The notes below the pieces were generated by a model, which saw nothing but the letters and a program-made list of their open reading frames with translations, was not told the DNA's origin and made no database searches. 64,000 bases of DNA from an uncultured Coriobacteriaceae bacterium (lineage in GTDB: Bacteria; Actinomycetota; Coriobacteriia; Coriobacteriales; UMGS124): contig CAZEAF010000001.1 of assembly GCA_964510125.1 (NCBI GenBank), positions 2,362-66,361 of the forward strand, read 5' to 3'. The position numbers and the translations under genes are program-made. Positions within the stretch are counted from its first letter, which is position 1. Each line of letters opens with the position of its first letter. Below are positions 1 to 9,602 of the stretch, in pieces.

Positions 1-754
1 CGACGGCATGGGCGCCGACCCGGCCCTGGCGGCCCCCATCGAGGGAGCACGGGCCCTGCTGCTCCTGGGCGATTTCATCACCACCGACCACATCTCGCCG
101 GCCGGCTCCATTGCGCCCGACTCTCCCGCAGCCGCCTACCTGCGGGAACACGGGGTTGCCGACGCTGACTTCAACACCTATGGGTCCCGCCGGGGCAACC
201 ACGAGGTCATGGAACGGGGCACCTTTGCCAACGTCAAGCTTCGCAACCTTCTGGCTGACGGCCGCTTGGGCTGCTGGACGCGGGACCTTCTGACGGGGAA
301 CTACAAGAGCGTGTGGGACGCCTCTCGGGATTACGATCAGGCCGGCGTCCCCTTGGTGGTCCTGGCAGGCAAGATGTATGGCAGCGGGTCGAGCCGCGAC
401 TGGGCGGCCAAGGGCCCCATGCTCCAGGGCGTGCGCGCCGTCCTGGCCCAGTCCTTTGAGCGCATCCACCGGTCCAACCTGATTGGCATGGGGGTCCTGC
501 CCCTGCAGTTTGCCGAAGGCCAGGGGGCGCAGGAGCTGGGCCTTGACGGGACGGAGGCCTACAGCATCCCCGCCATCGACTTTGCCCAGGCCCGCCTGCC
601 CGTCAGCGTGGAGGTGACCGCCACCAGAGCCGATGGGAGCAGCGTCGTCTTCACCACGACCGCCCGCGTGGACACCCCCACCGAGGCTCTCTACATGGCC
701 AACGGGGGAATCCTCCAGTACATGGTCAGGAGGCTGGCAGCCCGGCAGGCCTGA
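1..754 (+). CDS. acnA: aconitate hydratase, C-terminal part (5' end outside window)
   Basis: Frame is open to the window edge. Motifs [31 protein letters not shown] and [11 protein letters not shown] are typical of the aconitase C-terminal domain. Confidence 0.9.
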   Translation, partial: DGMGADPALAAPIEGARALLLLGDFITTDHISPAGSIAPDSPAAAYLREHGVADADFNTYGSRRGNHEVMERGTFANVKLRNLLADGRLGCWTRDLLTGNYKSVWDASRDYDQAGVPLVVLAGKMYGSGSSRDWAAKGPMLQGVRAVLAQSFERIHRSNLIGMGVLPLQFAEGQGAQELGLDGTEAYSIPAIDFAQARLPVSVEVTATRADGSSVVFTTTARVDTPTEALYMANGGILQYMVRRLAARQA

Positions 755-949
755 GGCGGAAGGCAGGCCTTCCTGGCAAGACCTGGGGCCCAACCCATAC
801 GCGTGCCACAATGGGCGGTGGCCCGTATGATAAACTCCAAGGATTAGCGGCTTTGCCCTGACGCCGCGCGGGGTCCCATGCCCAGCGTGGCTTCAGGCAG
901 GCCGGCCTTGGGAAGCTGACAGGACGACACGAGACGGAGACACGGCGAC

Positions 950-1804
950 GTGGCAGCTCTAACGAGCACTCAGAAGGGAATCGCGGAGGGCAGGCGAGCC
1001 GCGCGCAGGCAAGTGCAGCGCAGCACCCTGTTCATCCTCCAGCAGCTGGTCTCAAAGGACTTCAAGCTCAAGTACCGCCGCAGCGTGCTCGGCATGTTCT
1101 GGAGCGTCCTCAACCCGCTGCTCATGATGATTGTCATGACCATCGTGTTCTCGAACATGTTCAAGTTCCCTATCGAGAACTACCCGGTCTACTTAATCCT
1201 GGGCACGGTCCTATGGTCCCTGATGGCCGACGCGACCAACGGGGCCATGGGGTCCGTCCTGGGGGCGGCCTCCCTCATACAGAAGGTCCGCGTGCAGAAG
1301 GCGGTCTTTCCCATAGAGAAGGTCCTCTTCTCCCTGGTCAACTTCGCCCTCTCCCTGGTGGCGGTCCTGGCGGTCATGCTTTTCTTCCGCATCGCGCCTA
1401 CGCCCAGCATGCTTGGGGCCCTGCTGGTCATCGTCTATGTGCTGCTGTTCGCGGCTGGCATAGGCCTCATCCTGTCGTCGCTCTCAGTCTTCTTCCGCGA
1501 TGTCATGCACCTGTGGGGCGTCATCATCATGGCTTGGAACTACCTCACGCCCATCTTCTGGCCCCAGGACCTGACCACCTTCCTGGGCTCCCTGGCCGAC
1601 CAGGGCCTGGCCCACCTGCTGGTGGTCATAGAGAAGTTCAACCCCATGTACCATTACGTGGTCTACTTCCGCGACACCCTCATGTACGGCACCATGCCCG
1701 GCCTGACCGAGAACCTCATCTGCCTGCTCTTTGCCGTGGTTACGCTGGCGGTCGGCATCATCGTGTTCCGCCGCACACAGCACAAGTTCATCCTCTACAT
1801 CTAA
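950..1804 (+). CDS. ABC-2 type polysaccharide/teichoic-acid exporter permease (Wzm/TagG-like)
   Basis: 284-aa multi-TM protein with the N-terminal KDFKLKYRRSVLGMFW motif typical of the ABC-2 family. GTG start after GGAGAC. Followed directly by the cognate ATPase. Confidence 0.8.
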   Translation: MAALTSTQKGIAEGRRAARRQVQRSTLFILQQLVSKDFKLKYRRSVLGMFWSVLNPLLMMIVMTIVFSNMFKFPIENYPVYLILGTVLWSLMADATNGAMGSVLGAASLIQKVRVQKAVFPIEKVLFSLVNFALSLVAVLAVMLFFRIAPTPSMLGALLVIVYVLLFAAGIGLILSSLSVFFRDVMHLWGVIIMAWNYLTPIFWPQDLTTFLGSLADQGLAHLLVVIEKFNPMYHYVVYFRDTLMYGTMPGLTENLICLLFAVVTLAVGIIVFRRTQHKFILYI

Positions 1805-1813
1805 GGGGCAGCC

Positions 1814-2674
1814 TTGGACACCACCTCCACACAGGAAAGCGCCGCCCAGGCTCAGGCAGCCCAGCAGGAAAGCGCCGCCCAGGCCCAAGCTGCCCAGCAA
1901 GCTGGCGTCACCGAGGGGCCCGAGGACGACCGCGATGTCATCGTGGACGTTGACGACGTCTCCATGGTCTTCAACATCGCCAACCAAAGGCTTAACAGCC
2001 TCAAGGAGTACTTCATCGCCTTGATTCGCAGAGAGCTCATGTTCAAGGAGTTCCGCGCCCTCAACCACATTACCTTCCAGGTCAGGCGGGGCGACGTCTT
2101 CGGCTTGGTGGGCACCAACGGGTCGGGCAAGTCCACCATGCTCAAGATTATCGCCGGCGTCTTGGAACCCACCTTCGGCAAGGCATTGGTCCATGGCACC
2201 ATCGCCCCCCTGATTGAGCTGGGGGCCGGCTTTGACGCCGAGCTCACGGCCCGCGAGAACATCTACCTCAACGGCGCCCTGCTCGGCTACTCAAGGAAGT
2301 TCATCGACGCGCACTTCGACGAGATTGTGGACTTCGCCGAGCTGCGCGACTTTCTGGACATGCCCCTCAAGAACTACTCCTCGGGCATGGTGGCCCGCAT
2401 AGCCTTTGCCATCGCCACAGCCACCGAGCCCGACCTGCTCATCGTGGATGAGGTCCTGTCGGTGGGCGACTTCCTCTTCCAAAAGAAGTGCGAGGATCGC
2501 ATCCAGTACCTCATCGACAACGCCAACGTCACGGTCCTTCTGGTGAGCCACAGCACCGATCAGATTGAGCGCATGTGCGACCGAGCCGCCTGGATTGAGA
2601 AGGGCCAGCTCCGCATGGTGGGGCCGGCTAAGGAGGTCTGCGCCGCCTACAGCCACCTGGCCGACGGGTCCTAG
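1814..2674 (+). CDS. ABC transporter ATP-binding protein (Wzt/TagH-like) with repeated Q/A-rich N-terminus
   Basis: Walker A GTNGSGKST, signature YSSGM, Walker B LLIVDE. Sits 10 nt after the permease stop. Confidence 0.85.
   Translation: MDTTSTQESAAQAQAAQQESAAQAQAAQQAGVTEGPEDDRDVIVDVDDVSMVFNIANQRLNSLKEYFIALIRRELMFKEFRALNHITFQVRRGDVFGLVGTNGSGKSTMLKIIAGVLEPTFGKALVHGTIAPLIELGAGFDAELTARENIYLNGALLGYSRKFIDAHFDEIVDFAELRDFLDMPLKNYSSGMVARIAFAIATATEPDLLIVDEVLSVGDFLFQKKCEDRIQYLIDNANVTVLLVSHSTDQIERMCDRAAWIEKGQLRMVGPAKEVCAAYSHLADGS
1832..1897 (+). repeat. 2 x 33-bp in-frame tandem repeat (QESAAQAQAAQ x2) inside the Wzt N-terminus
   Basis: Unit 1 is 1832-1864 and unit 2 is 1865-1897. They differ at 3 of 33 nt, all synonymous third positions (GCT/GCC, CAG/CAA, GCA/GCT). 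Confidence 0.95.
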
Positions 2675-2780
2675 GCCCTGCCTGCCGATAGCCTTCCTCC
2701 CGCACGCGACGACCTGACCAGGAGCCAGACGCAAGACAGCAGCCGCCTCAAGCCGCAAGACCAAGGAGATTCGAACTCAG

Positions 2781-3905
2781 ATGACTCAGAATCCCGATGT
2801 GACGATTATCGTCCCGACCTACAACACCGGCCAGTTCCTCGACCAGTGCCTTTCCTCCGTCGAGGAAAACGACCGGGCCCAGCTGGAGATTATCGTCGTC
2901 AACGACGGGTCCACCGACAACAGCCTTGAGATTATGCGGGCCCACGAAGCCAAGGACAGCCGGGTCCGGGTCATCGACAAGCCCAACGGCGGCTACGGGT
3001 CGGGCTGCAACCGGGGCCTTTCCGAGGCAAAAGGCACCTACATCGCCATCGTGGAGCCTGACGACTACGTGCGCCCCCACTTCTACGACGACATGATGGA
3101 CTACGCACGCAGCTTCCCCGAGCTCCCCGAGGTCGTCAAGAGCGCCTACACTCGCGTGGTCTGGCCCTGCACGCCCAAGGAGCACCTCTACCACTGCGCC
3201 TACTACAACCGCGTCCGTGTCAAGAGCCAGCCCTTCGTCATCGAGGACTGCCCGCGCCTGCTCCAGCACCACCCCTCGATCTGGAGCGCCCTGTACCTGC
3301 GCAGCTTCATCGAAGATCACGGCATCCGCTTTATGGAGGCCAAGGGCGGCGGCTGGGTGGACAACCCCTTCCTGGTGCAGACCCTTTGCCAGGCTAAGTC
3401 CATCGTCTTCCTCGACCGCGAGTACTACTGCTACCGCGAAGACCTGCCTGGGTCCTCGTCCATGCTCAAGTCTACCGACCTGGCCTTCACACGCTGGAAC
3501 AACATGACCGACATCCTGGACGACCTGGGCGTCCATGACCACGGAGTGCGGGCGGCCCACGCGGTGCGTGGGGTCATGTATCTGTCGGGCATCATGATGG
3601 AGAGCAACATCGCTGGCTCTGACGCCGAAGGCAAGATGCAGAACATGTTCTCCCGCATCGACCCCGACGACATGCTGGACAACAAGAACGTGCCCAACCC
3701 CATGAAACAGCTCTACTGCAAAGTGCGCGGCATCGAGCCCACGTTCAACAAGTGGCTTTACCGCCGGGCCCTGGTCGAGGAGTTCTTCTACGCCTGGCGC
3801 AACAACGGCTTCCTCTTTGCCCTCTCGCGGTTTAGTCTGTATGTCGACCGCAAGCTCAAGATTAACCGGCTCAACCCCACGCTCACCAAAAGCGCTGGCA
3901 TCTAG
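2781..3905 (+). CDS. family 2 glycosyltransferase
   Basis: N-terminal IIVPTYNTGQFLDQCL...IIVVNDGSTDNS and a DxD-like EPDD. AAGGAG upstream. Confidence 0.8.
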   Translation: MTQNPDVTIIVPTYNTGQFLDQCLSSVEENDRAQLEIIVVNDGSTDNSLEIMRAHEAKDSRVRVIDKPNGGYGSGCNRGLSEAKGTYIAIVEPDDYVRPHFYDDMMDYARSFPELPEVVKSAYTRVVWPCTPKEHLYHCAYYNRVRVKSQPFVIEDCPRLLQHHPSIWSALYLRSFIEDHGIRFMEAKGGGWVDNPFLVQTLCQAKSIVFLDREYYCYREDLPGSSSMLKSTDLAFTRWNNMTDILDDLGVHDHGVRAAHAVRGVMYLSGIMMESNIAGSDAEGKMQNMFSRIDPDDMLDNKNVPNPMKQLYCKVRGIEPTFNKWLYRRALVEEFFYAWRNNGFLFALSRFSLYVDRKLKINRLNPTLTKSAGI

Positions 3906-3977
3906 GTCGTCTCGGACATCGCCATCGTCGCAGGCCCGCCGGGCAGGGATGTGCGCCCGGGGGAGAAAGGAGGCACC

Positions 3978-4613
3978 ATGCAGGACCTCTCCGGGCAGGC
4001 GGCAGGACCGCTCGCCCCCAAGACCGTCGTCATGGACGAGGAGGTGCTGAGCCGTGCCCTCACGCGAATCGCGCACGAGATTCTCGAGGGCAACGACGGC
4101 GCCGAGGACCTCATCTTGGTGGGCATCGTGACCCGCGGCGAGCAGCTGGCCCGCCTCCTAGCCCAGCGCATCGATGAGATTGAAGGGGTCGAGGTCCCCC
4201 TGGGCTCGCTCGACATCAGCCTTTACCGCGATGACTTCGGCACCAGGCTGGCACCGGTGCTCCACTCCACCAGCCTGCCCGTCGACATAGAGGGCAAGCG
4301 GATTGTCCTCGTCGACGACGTCCTTTTCACCGGCCGCACCATCCGCGCTGCTCTGGACGCCCTCATGGACTTCGGCCGCCCCGCCTGCGTGCGCCTGGCC
4401 GTCGCGGTTGACCGCGGACACCGTGAGCTGCCCATCCGGGCCGACTACGTGGGCAAGAACGTCCCCTCGGCCCGCACCGAGACCGTCCGCCTGGCCCTGC
4501 CTCCCTTCGACGACCACGCGGCCGTGGAGATTTGGGACGCCCAGACCTGGAAGCAGTACAAGGCCCGCCGCGAGGCCGACCGCGGGGCCCTAGGGGGCGA
4601 GGCCGCATGCTGA
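3978..4613 (+). CDS. pyrR: bifunctional pyrimidine operon regulator / uracil phosphoribosyltransferase
   Basis: PRPP-binding loop IVLVDDVLFTGRT. ATG 3978 is preceded by GAAAGGAGG. First gene of the pyr operon. Confidence 0.9.
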   Translation: MQDLSGQAAGPLAPKTVVMDEEVLSRALTRIAHEILEGNDGAEDLILVGIVTRGEQLARLLAQRIDEIEGVEVPLGSLDISLYRDDFGTRLAPVLHSTSLPVDIEGKRIVLVDDVLFTGRTIRAALDALMDFGRPACVRLAVAVDRGHRELPIRADYVGKNVPSARTETVRLALPPFDDHAAVEIWDAQTWKQYKARREADRGALGGEAAC

Positions 4614-5542
4614 GCGTGCGCAACCTCATCAACACAACCGACCTGACCCGTGACGACATAGAGCAGGTCCTGGACACGGCACAGACCTTCGAGCAAATCA
4701 ACGCCCGGGTCATTAAGAAGCTGCCCACCCTGCGCGGCCGTACAATCGTGAACCTCTTCCTCGAGCCCTCCACCCGCACCAAGAGCTCCTTCGAGCTGGC
4801 GGCCAAGCGCCTGGGCGCCGACACCATCGCCATCGCAGGCTCTTCCTCCTCGGTGGCTAAGGGCGAGTCGCTCGTGGACACCGTCAAGACCATGGACGCA
4901 ATGGGCGTGGACATGTACATCTGCCGGGCCCGCTTCGCCGGTTCGCCCGAGATTATCGAGCGCACCTCCCGGGCCCGCATCATCAACGCCGGCGACGGCA
5001 AGCACGCCCACCCGACCCAGGCCCTGCTCGACCTCTACACCATGCGCAAGCGCTTCGGGCGCGTGGAGGGGCTGCGCGTGGGCATCGTGGGCGACGCCCT
5101 GCACTCCCGCGTCGTCGGCTCGCTGGTGCCGGCCCTGCGCACCATGGGGGCCGAGGTCACCCTGGTGGGCCCGCAGACCTTCCTGCCGATCATGCCCCAG
5201 GCCCTGGGGGCGGGTTCTACCTCCAACCTGGACGGCATCCTGCCCGACCTGGACATCGTCTACATGCTGCGCGTCCAAAACGAGCGGCTGGAAGGGGCGG
5301 CCATCCCCTCGGTGCGCGAGTATTCCCGGCTCTTCGGCATGGACGAGCGCCGCATGGGCCTCATGGGGCCCCAGGCGGTCATCATGCACCCCGGCCCTAT
5401 CAACCGTGGCGTGGAGCTTACCAGCGCCGTGGCCGATTCCGACCGCGCCCTCATCCTGAACCAGGTCAACGCGGGCGTCTCGGTCCGCATGGCGGCCATC
5501 TACCTGCTCCTTGGAGGCGAAGACAATGCGCTATCTCATTAA
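4607..5542 (+). CDS. pyrB: aspartate carbamoyltransferase catalytic subunit
   Basis: STRTKSSFE and HPTQALLD motifs. The start overlaps the pyrR stop (ATGCTGA). Confidence 0.93.
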   Translation: MLSVRNLINTTDLTRDDIEQVLDTAQTFEQINARVIKKLPTLRGRTIVNLFLEPSTRTKSSFELAAKRLGADTIAIAGSSSSVAKGESLVDTVKTMDAMGVDMYICRARFAGSPEIIERTSRARIINAGDGKHAHPTQALLDLYTMRKRFGRVEGLRVGIVGDALHSRVVGSLVPALRTMGAEVTLVGPQTFLPIMPQALGAGSTSNLDGILPDLDIVYMLRVQNERLEGAAIPSVREYSRLFGMDERRMGLMGPQAVIMHPGPINRGVELTSAVADSDRALILNQVNAGVSVRMAAIYLLLGGEDNALSH

Positions 5543-6824
5543 GGGCGCCCGGGTCGTGGACCCCCAGGCGGGCCTGGACGACATAAGGGACGTGCTCATC
5601 GGCGAGGACGGGACTATCGAGGGCGTGGAGGCCATCCCCGCAGCCGAGGGGGCCCAGGTCATAGACGGGGCCGGCAAGGTCCTCATTCCCGGGCCCCTCG
5701 ACATGCACGTGCACTTCCGCGACCCCGGCCAGGAGTACAAGGAGACCATCGCCGGCGGCGTCCGCTCGGCTGCCAAGGGCGGCTACACCGACGTCGCCAC
5801 CATGCCCAACACGGTGCCCGTCTGCGACACCGGCGCCGTCGTGACCTACCAGTATGAGAAGGCCCGCGAGGCCGGCCTTGCCCGCGTCCACCCAATAGGC
5901 GCCCTCACCATGGGGGAGAAGGGCGAGCAGCTGGCCGAGATTGGCGACATGGTGGATGCCGGGGCCGTGGCCTTCTCCGACGATGGGCATGGCGTCCAGT
6001 ACGCGGGCATCATGCGCACGGTCATGGACTACGTGGTCCAGTTCGACAAGGTCGTCATCTCCCACTGCCAGGACGACTCCCTGGTGGGCCATGGCGTCGT
6101 GAACGAGGGCCGGGCCTCCACCCGTCTGGGCCTTGCCGGCTGGCCCGCCCAGGGCGAGGAGATCCACATTGATCGCGACATCCGGCTCTCCGAGCTCACG
6201 GGCTGTGCCTTCCATGCCGCCCATGTCACCACCGCGGCCGGCGTGGAGATTGTCCGCCAGGCCAAGTTGCGCGGCGACGACGTGACCTGCGAGGTCTGCC
6301 CCCACCATCTCTTCCTCTGCGAGGACGACATTACCGACGCCTACGACACCAACTACAAGATGAACCCACCCCTGCGCACGGCCGAGGACGCTCAGGCCCT
6401 GCGCGAGGCCCTCTGCTCCGGCGAGATTGACTGCTATGTGACCGACCACGCCCCCCACGCCGCCCATGAGAAGGCCCTGGAGTTCGAGCGGGCCCCCTTC
6501 GGCATCATTGGCCTGGAGACCGCCCTGCCCCTACTGGTGACCAAGCTGGTGAACACGGGCCAGATGAGCTGGCAGCGCCTGGTGGAGGTCTGCTGCATCA
6601 ACCCCCGCAGCCGCTGCCGCCTGGACCCGGTCAGCATCGAGCGCGGCCGCGAGGCAACCCTGACCCTGGTCGACCCCCATGCGTCCTTCACGGTAACCGA
6701 GGACTTCCTGGCCGGCACCGCCAAGAACACCCCCTTCATCGGGACCGAGCTGGACGGGCGCGCCACCTGGGCCTTTGTGGCCGGAAAGCCAATTCTGGCC
6801 CACGGCGAGGTCGTCCAGGCCTAG
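5526..6824 (+). CDS. pyrC: dihydroorotase
   Basis: DMHVHFRDPG metal-binding motif and DHAPH. GGAGG lies 8 nt upstream of ATG 5526. Overlaps the pyrB end. Confidence 0.92.
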   Translation: MRYLIKGARVVDPQAGLDDIRDVLIGEDGTIEGVEAIPAAEGAQVIDGAGKVLIPGPLDMHVHFRDPGQEYKETIAGGVRSAAKGGYTDVATMPNTVPVCDTGAVVTYQYEKAREAGLARVHPIGALTMGEKGEQLAEIGDMVDAGAVAFSDDGHGVQYAGIMRTVMDYVVQFDKVVISHCQDDSLVGHGVVNEGRASTRLGLAGWPAQGEEIHIDRDIRLSELTGCAFHAAHVTTAAGVEIVRQAKLRGDDVTCEVCPHHLFLCEDDITDAYDTNYKMNPPLRTAEDAQALREALCSGEIDCYVTDHAPHAAHEKALEFERAPFGIIGLETALPLLVTKLVNTGQMSWQRLVEVCCINPRSRCRLDPVSIERGREATLTLVDPHASFTVTEDFLAGTAKNTPFIGTELDGRATWAFVAGKPILAHGEVVQA

Positions 6825-6915
6825 GGCGCGAGACCCCTTCCGAGCCGGCCGCGCGCGTCCCGGCCACTGGCAAGTGATTTTGAAGAGTGAAGAGTGTGAA
6901 GAGAGAGGAGCCCAC

Positions 6916-7719
6916 GTGCCCACAGAACCGTCCAGCGCCTACTTGTATCCGGCGAGCGTCGTCTCGACCAGGCAGCTGGCACCCAGCTACATGCTGACCG
7001 TCTTTTCCTGCCCCCAGGTGGCCAAGGACATCCAGCCGGGCCAGTTCGTGAACATCGAGGTCCCCGGCGACCCGTCCGAGCTCCTGCGCCTGCCCATGTC
7101 CTACTCTCAGGCGGACCCTGAGGCAGGCACAATCGATGTGGCTTATCGCGTCGTCGGCAAGGGCACCGAGCGCATGGCCGCCCTGCCTGCGGGAACCGAG
7201 CTTTCCCTCATCGGGCCCGCCGGCCACGGCTGGCGCTTTCCCGCTGGAGCCAGGGCCGCCCTGTGCGTGGGCGGCGGGTCGGGCATGGCACCCGCCCTTG
7301 CCGCGGCCGAGGGTCTGGCTGCCCGGGGCGTTGCAGTCGATTTGGTGGAGGGCGCCCAGACGGCGGCCCAGATTGTCCTGGAGGACGAGGCCCGCGCGAT
7401 AGGCATCCGTGACTTCGTGGTGACGACCGACGACGGGACCCGGGGTATCGAGGGCTTTGCCTCCGCGGCTGTGGAGCGGCTCCTTGCCCAGAACGCCTAT
7501 GACCTGGTCTGCGTGTGTGGCCCCCGTCCCATGATGGCGGGCATCGTCAAACTGGCCAAGGAGGCGGGCGTGGCCTGCCAGGTCTCCATGGAGGCGGGGA
7601 TGTGCTGCGGCTTTGGCATCTGCGGCACCTGCCCGGTCGACGGTGCCGACAGCCTTACCGGAAAGCTCGCCGTCTGCATGGACGGCCCGGTCTTCGACGC
7701 CCAGGAGGTGGCATGGTGA
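6916..7719 (+). CDS. pyrK: dihydroorotate dehydrogenase electron-transfer subunit
   Basis: FAD/NAD-binding fold with a C-terminal 2Fe-2S cluster motif CGFGICGTC. GTG 6916 follows GAGAGAGGAG. The longer ORF-track start (6775) overlaps pyrC and was trimmed. Confidence 0.85.
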   Translation: MPTEPSSAYLYPASVVSTRQLAPSYMLTVFSCPQVAKDIQPGQFVNIEVPGDPSELLRLPMSYSQADPEAGTIDVAYRVVGKGTERMAALPAGTELSLIGPAGHGWRFPAGARAALCVGGGSGMAPALAAAEGLAARGVAVDLVEGAQTAAQIVLEDEARAIGIRDFVVTTDDGTRGIEGFASAAVERLLAQNAYDLVCVCGPRPMMAGIVKLAKEAGVACQVSMEAGMCCGFGICGTCPVDGADSLTGKLAVCMDGPVFDAQEVAW

Positions 7720-8636
7720 GCAGCGTGAGCATGGCCGTGGACCTGGGCGGCATCCCCATGAAGAACCCGGTCAATACCGCGTCGGGCACTTTCGGAGCAG
7801 GCTGGCAGGTCCAGCACTTCCTCGACCCCGCAGAGCTGGGCGCCATCACCACCAAGGGCACGGCTGCCGAGGCCTGGCCGGGCAACCCCCAGCCCCGCAT
7901 GCACGAGGTCCCCAGCGGCCTCATCAACTGCGTGGGCCTGCAGAACCCGGGTGTCGGGGCGTTCGTGAAGGGGACCGGCGCCTATCTGGAGGAGCTCTCC
8001 CAGCAAACCTCGGTCATCTGCCAAGTGGCTGGCCACTCGGTGGAGGAGTACGCGCGGGCGCTGGAGATGTACGACGAGCTGGCCCCTTGGGCAGCGGGTT
8101 TCGAGATCAACATCTCCTGCCCCAACGTGGCCAAGGGCGGGGCTGCCATGGGGTCCACGCCCGAGGGCGCCGCCGAGGTCATGAGGGCCCTGCGACCCCT
8201 GACTAAGCGGCCGATTGTAGTCAAGATGGCCCCTACCCGCGTGCCCGAGATTGCGAAGGTCCTCGAGGCCGAGGGCGCGGATGCCCTGTCTCTCATCAAC
8301 ACCATCCCCTCCATGGCCATCGACGTCGAGACCCGCCAATCCTACCTGTCCCGGCCCACGGCGGGGCTTTCCGGCCCGGCCATCCACCCCATAGCCGTCC
8401 GCATGGCCTGGGAGGCCTGCAAGGCGGTCAAAATCCCGGTCTGCGGCATCGGGGGCATCATGAGCTGGCGCGACGCTGCTGAATTCATCCTGGTAGGCTG
8501 CACGGCCGTCTCCGTGGGTATGGCGTCCTTTGTCGACCCCGGCTGCGCGGCCAAGGTGGTCAAGGGGCTGCAGGATTGGGCCGCCCGCCAGGGCGTGTCT
8601 GACATCGCCGAGCTGAGAGGGGCCTTTGAATGCTAG
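7713..8636 (+). CDS. pyrD: dihydroorotate dehydrogenase (class 1B) catalytic subunit
   Basis: MKNPVNTASGTFG, and NISCPN containing the active-site Cys. The start overlaps the pyrK stop (ATGGTGA). Confidence 0.92.
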   Translation: MVSSVSMAVDLGGIPMKNPVNTASGTFGAGWQVQHFLDPAELGAITTKGTAAEAWPGNPQPRMHEVPSGLINCVGLQNPGVGAFVKGTGAYLEELSQQTSVICQVAGHSVEEYARALEMYDELAPWAAGFEINISCPNVAKGGAAMGSTPEGAAEVMRALRPLTKRPIVVKMAPTRVPEIAKVLEAEGADALSLINTIPSMAIDVETRQSYLSRPTAGLSGPAIHPIAVRMAWEACKAVKIPVCGIGGIMSWRDAAEFILVGCTAVSVGMASFVDPGCAAKVVKGLQDWAARQGVSDIAELRGAFEC

Positions 8637-9376
8637 AGGAGGGCAAGCGCACACTGGCGGATGCCGCCGAGCATGTCATAGTGGCCCTGGACTGCGATGC
8701 GCCGCGGGCCCTGGAGCTGGCCGACGGGCTGGGTCCTGACCTGCGCTGGGTCAAGGTCGGTATGGAGTTGTATTACAACGCTGGGGCCGGCATCGTTTCA
8801 CAGCTCGCACATAAAGGCTTGTCTGTCTTCCTCGACCTCAAGCTCCACGATATCCCCAACACGGTCCAACAGGCGGCCCGGGTCCTGGCCAGCCTCGGCG
8901 CCCGCATGCTCACGGTCCACGCCCAAGGAGGCGCCGCCATGGTGGCAGCCGCCCGGCAGGGGCTTGACGAGGGCGCCCAAAAGGCCGGTCTGCCCCAGCC
9001 CAAGCTCTTGGCTGTGACCGTCCTCACCTCCATAGACGAGCAGACCCTGCGGTCTATTGGCGTGGACCGGCCAGCGGCTCAACAGGCCGAGCTCCTAGCC
9101 CGCCTGGCCCTCGGCGCCGGTGCGGACGGCGTGGTGTGCTCTCCACACGAGGCGGCCGTCATGAGGCAGGCCCTGGGGCCTGATGCCCTGGTGGTCACCC
9201 CGGGCGTGCGGCCGGCAGGCTCTGCAGCAGGCGACCAGGCCCGGGTGGCCACGCCTGCACAGGCCATAGCAGCGGGTTCCTCCCATCTGGTCGTGGGGAG
9301 GCCCATCACAAAGGCGCACGACCCCCTGGCAGCCTTCGGCTCCATTTGCGAGGAAGTGCTTGGGGTTTTAAACTAG
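8630..9376 (+). CDS. pyrF: orotidine 5'-phosphate decarboxylase
   Basis: VALD...KVGMELY...DLKLHDIPNT motifs. The start overlaps the pyrD stop. Confidence 0.92.
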   Translation: MLEEGKRTLADAAEHVIVALDCDAPRALELADGLGPDLRWVKVGMELYYNAGAGIVSQLAHKGLSVFLDLKLHDIPNTVQQAARVLASLGARMLTVHAQGGAAMVAAARQGLDEGAQKAGLPQPKLLAVTVLTSIDEQTLRSIGVDRPAAQQAELLARLALGAGADGVVCSPHEAAVMRQALGPDALVVTPGVRPAGSAAGDQARVATPAQAIAAGSSHLVVGRPITKAHDPLAAFGSICEEVLGVLN

Positions 9377-9477
9377 GGAGGGGGGTAAAACTGCGTCATT
9401 GTCAGCGACAGCTCGTGGGGATTGTAAGGCCCGGTGTGGAGAGGAAGGCCCTTTACCAACCTTTTCCATGCTCGTAC

Positions 9478-9506
9478 TTGCAAAGCCCCAGGTAGTGAGA
9501 TATCGT
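9478..9506 (+). promoter_or_regulatory. candidate sigma-70-type promoter for mihF (-35 TTGCAA, 17-nt spacer, -10 TATCGT)
   Basis: Hexamers read directly at 9478-9483 and 9501-9506. This would give a leader of about 90 nt before ATG 9603. Confidence 0.4.
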
Positions 9507-9602
9507 TACTTATCGGTTACCACTGCCGCTGCCTGTATGTCAAGGACGCGGTCCCGGACTGCCACGCGGTACGTGGCACATCATCTAACGTTTGGAGGCA
9601 TC

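Noticed and set aside
3939-3977. Hairpin CCGGGC-N10-GCCCGG next to the pyrR RBS, as a possible PyrR binding loop.
   Set aside because: The stem is only 6 bp. The sequence (GGGGGAGAAAGGAGG) does not match the UCCAGAGAGG core, so I cannot support it as a PyrR site.
2748-4076. A 442-aa minus-strand ORF. Similar antisense ORFs occur at 7497-8654, 52963-54153, 36070-37149 and 32323-33432.
   Set aside because: Each lies opposite a confidently identified gene (GT2/pyrR, pyrD, hflX/miaA, ftsK, rnj) and has no recognisable motifs.
9399-9602. An in-frame N-terminal extension of about 68 aa on the mihF ORF. Similar extensions occur on rpsO (25350), dapB (30284), pyrD (7515), pyrB (4532) and nrdR (50713).
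   Set aside because: The conserved protein starts at an internal ATG with a good Shine-Dalgarno sequence. The extensions overlap upstream genes or promoter-like sequence and have non-protein-like composition.
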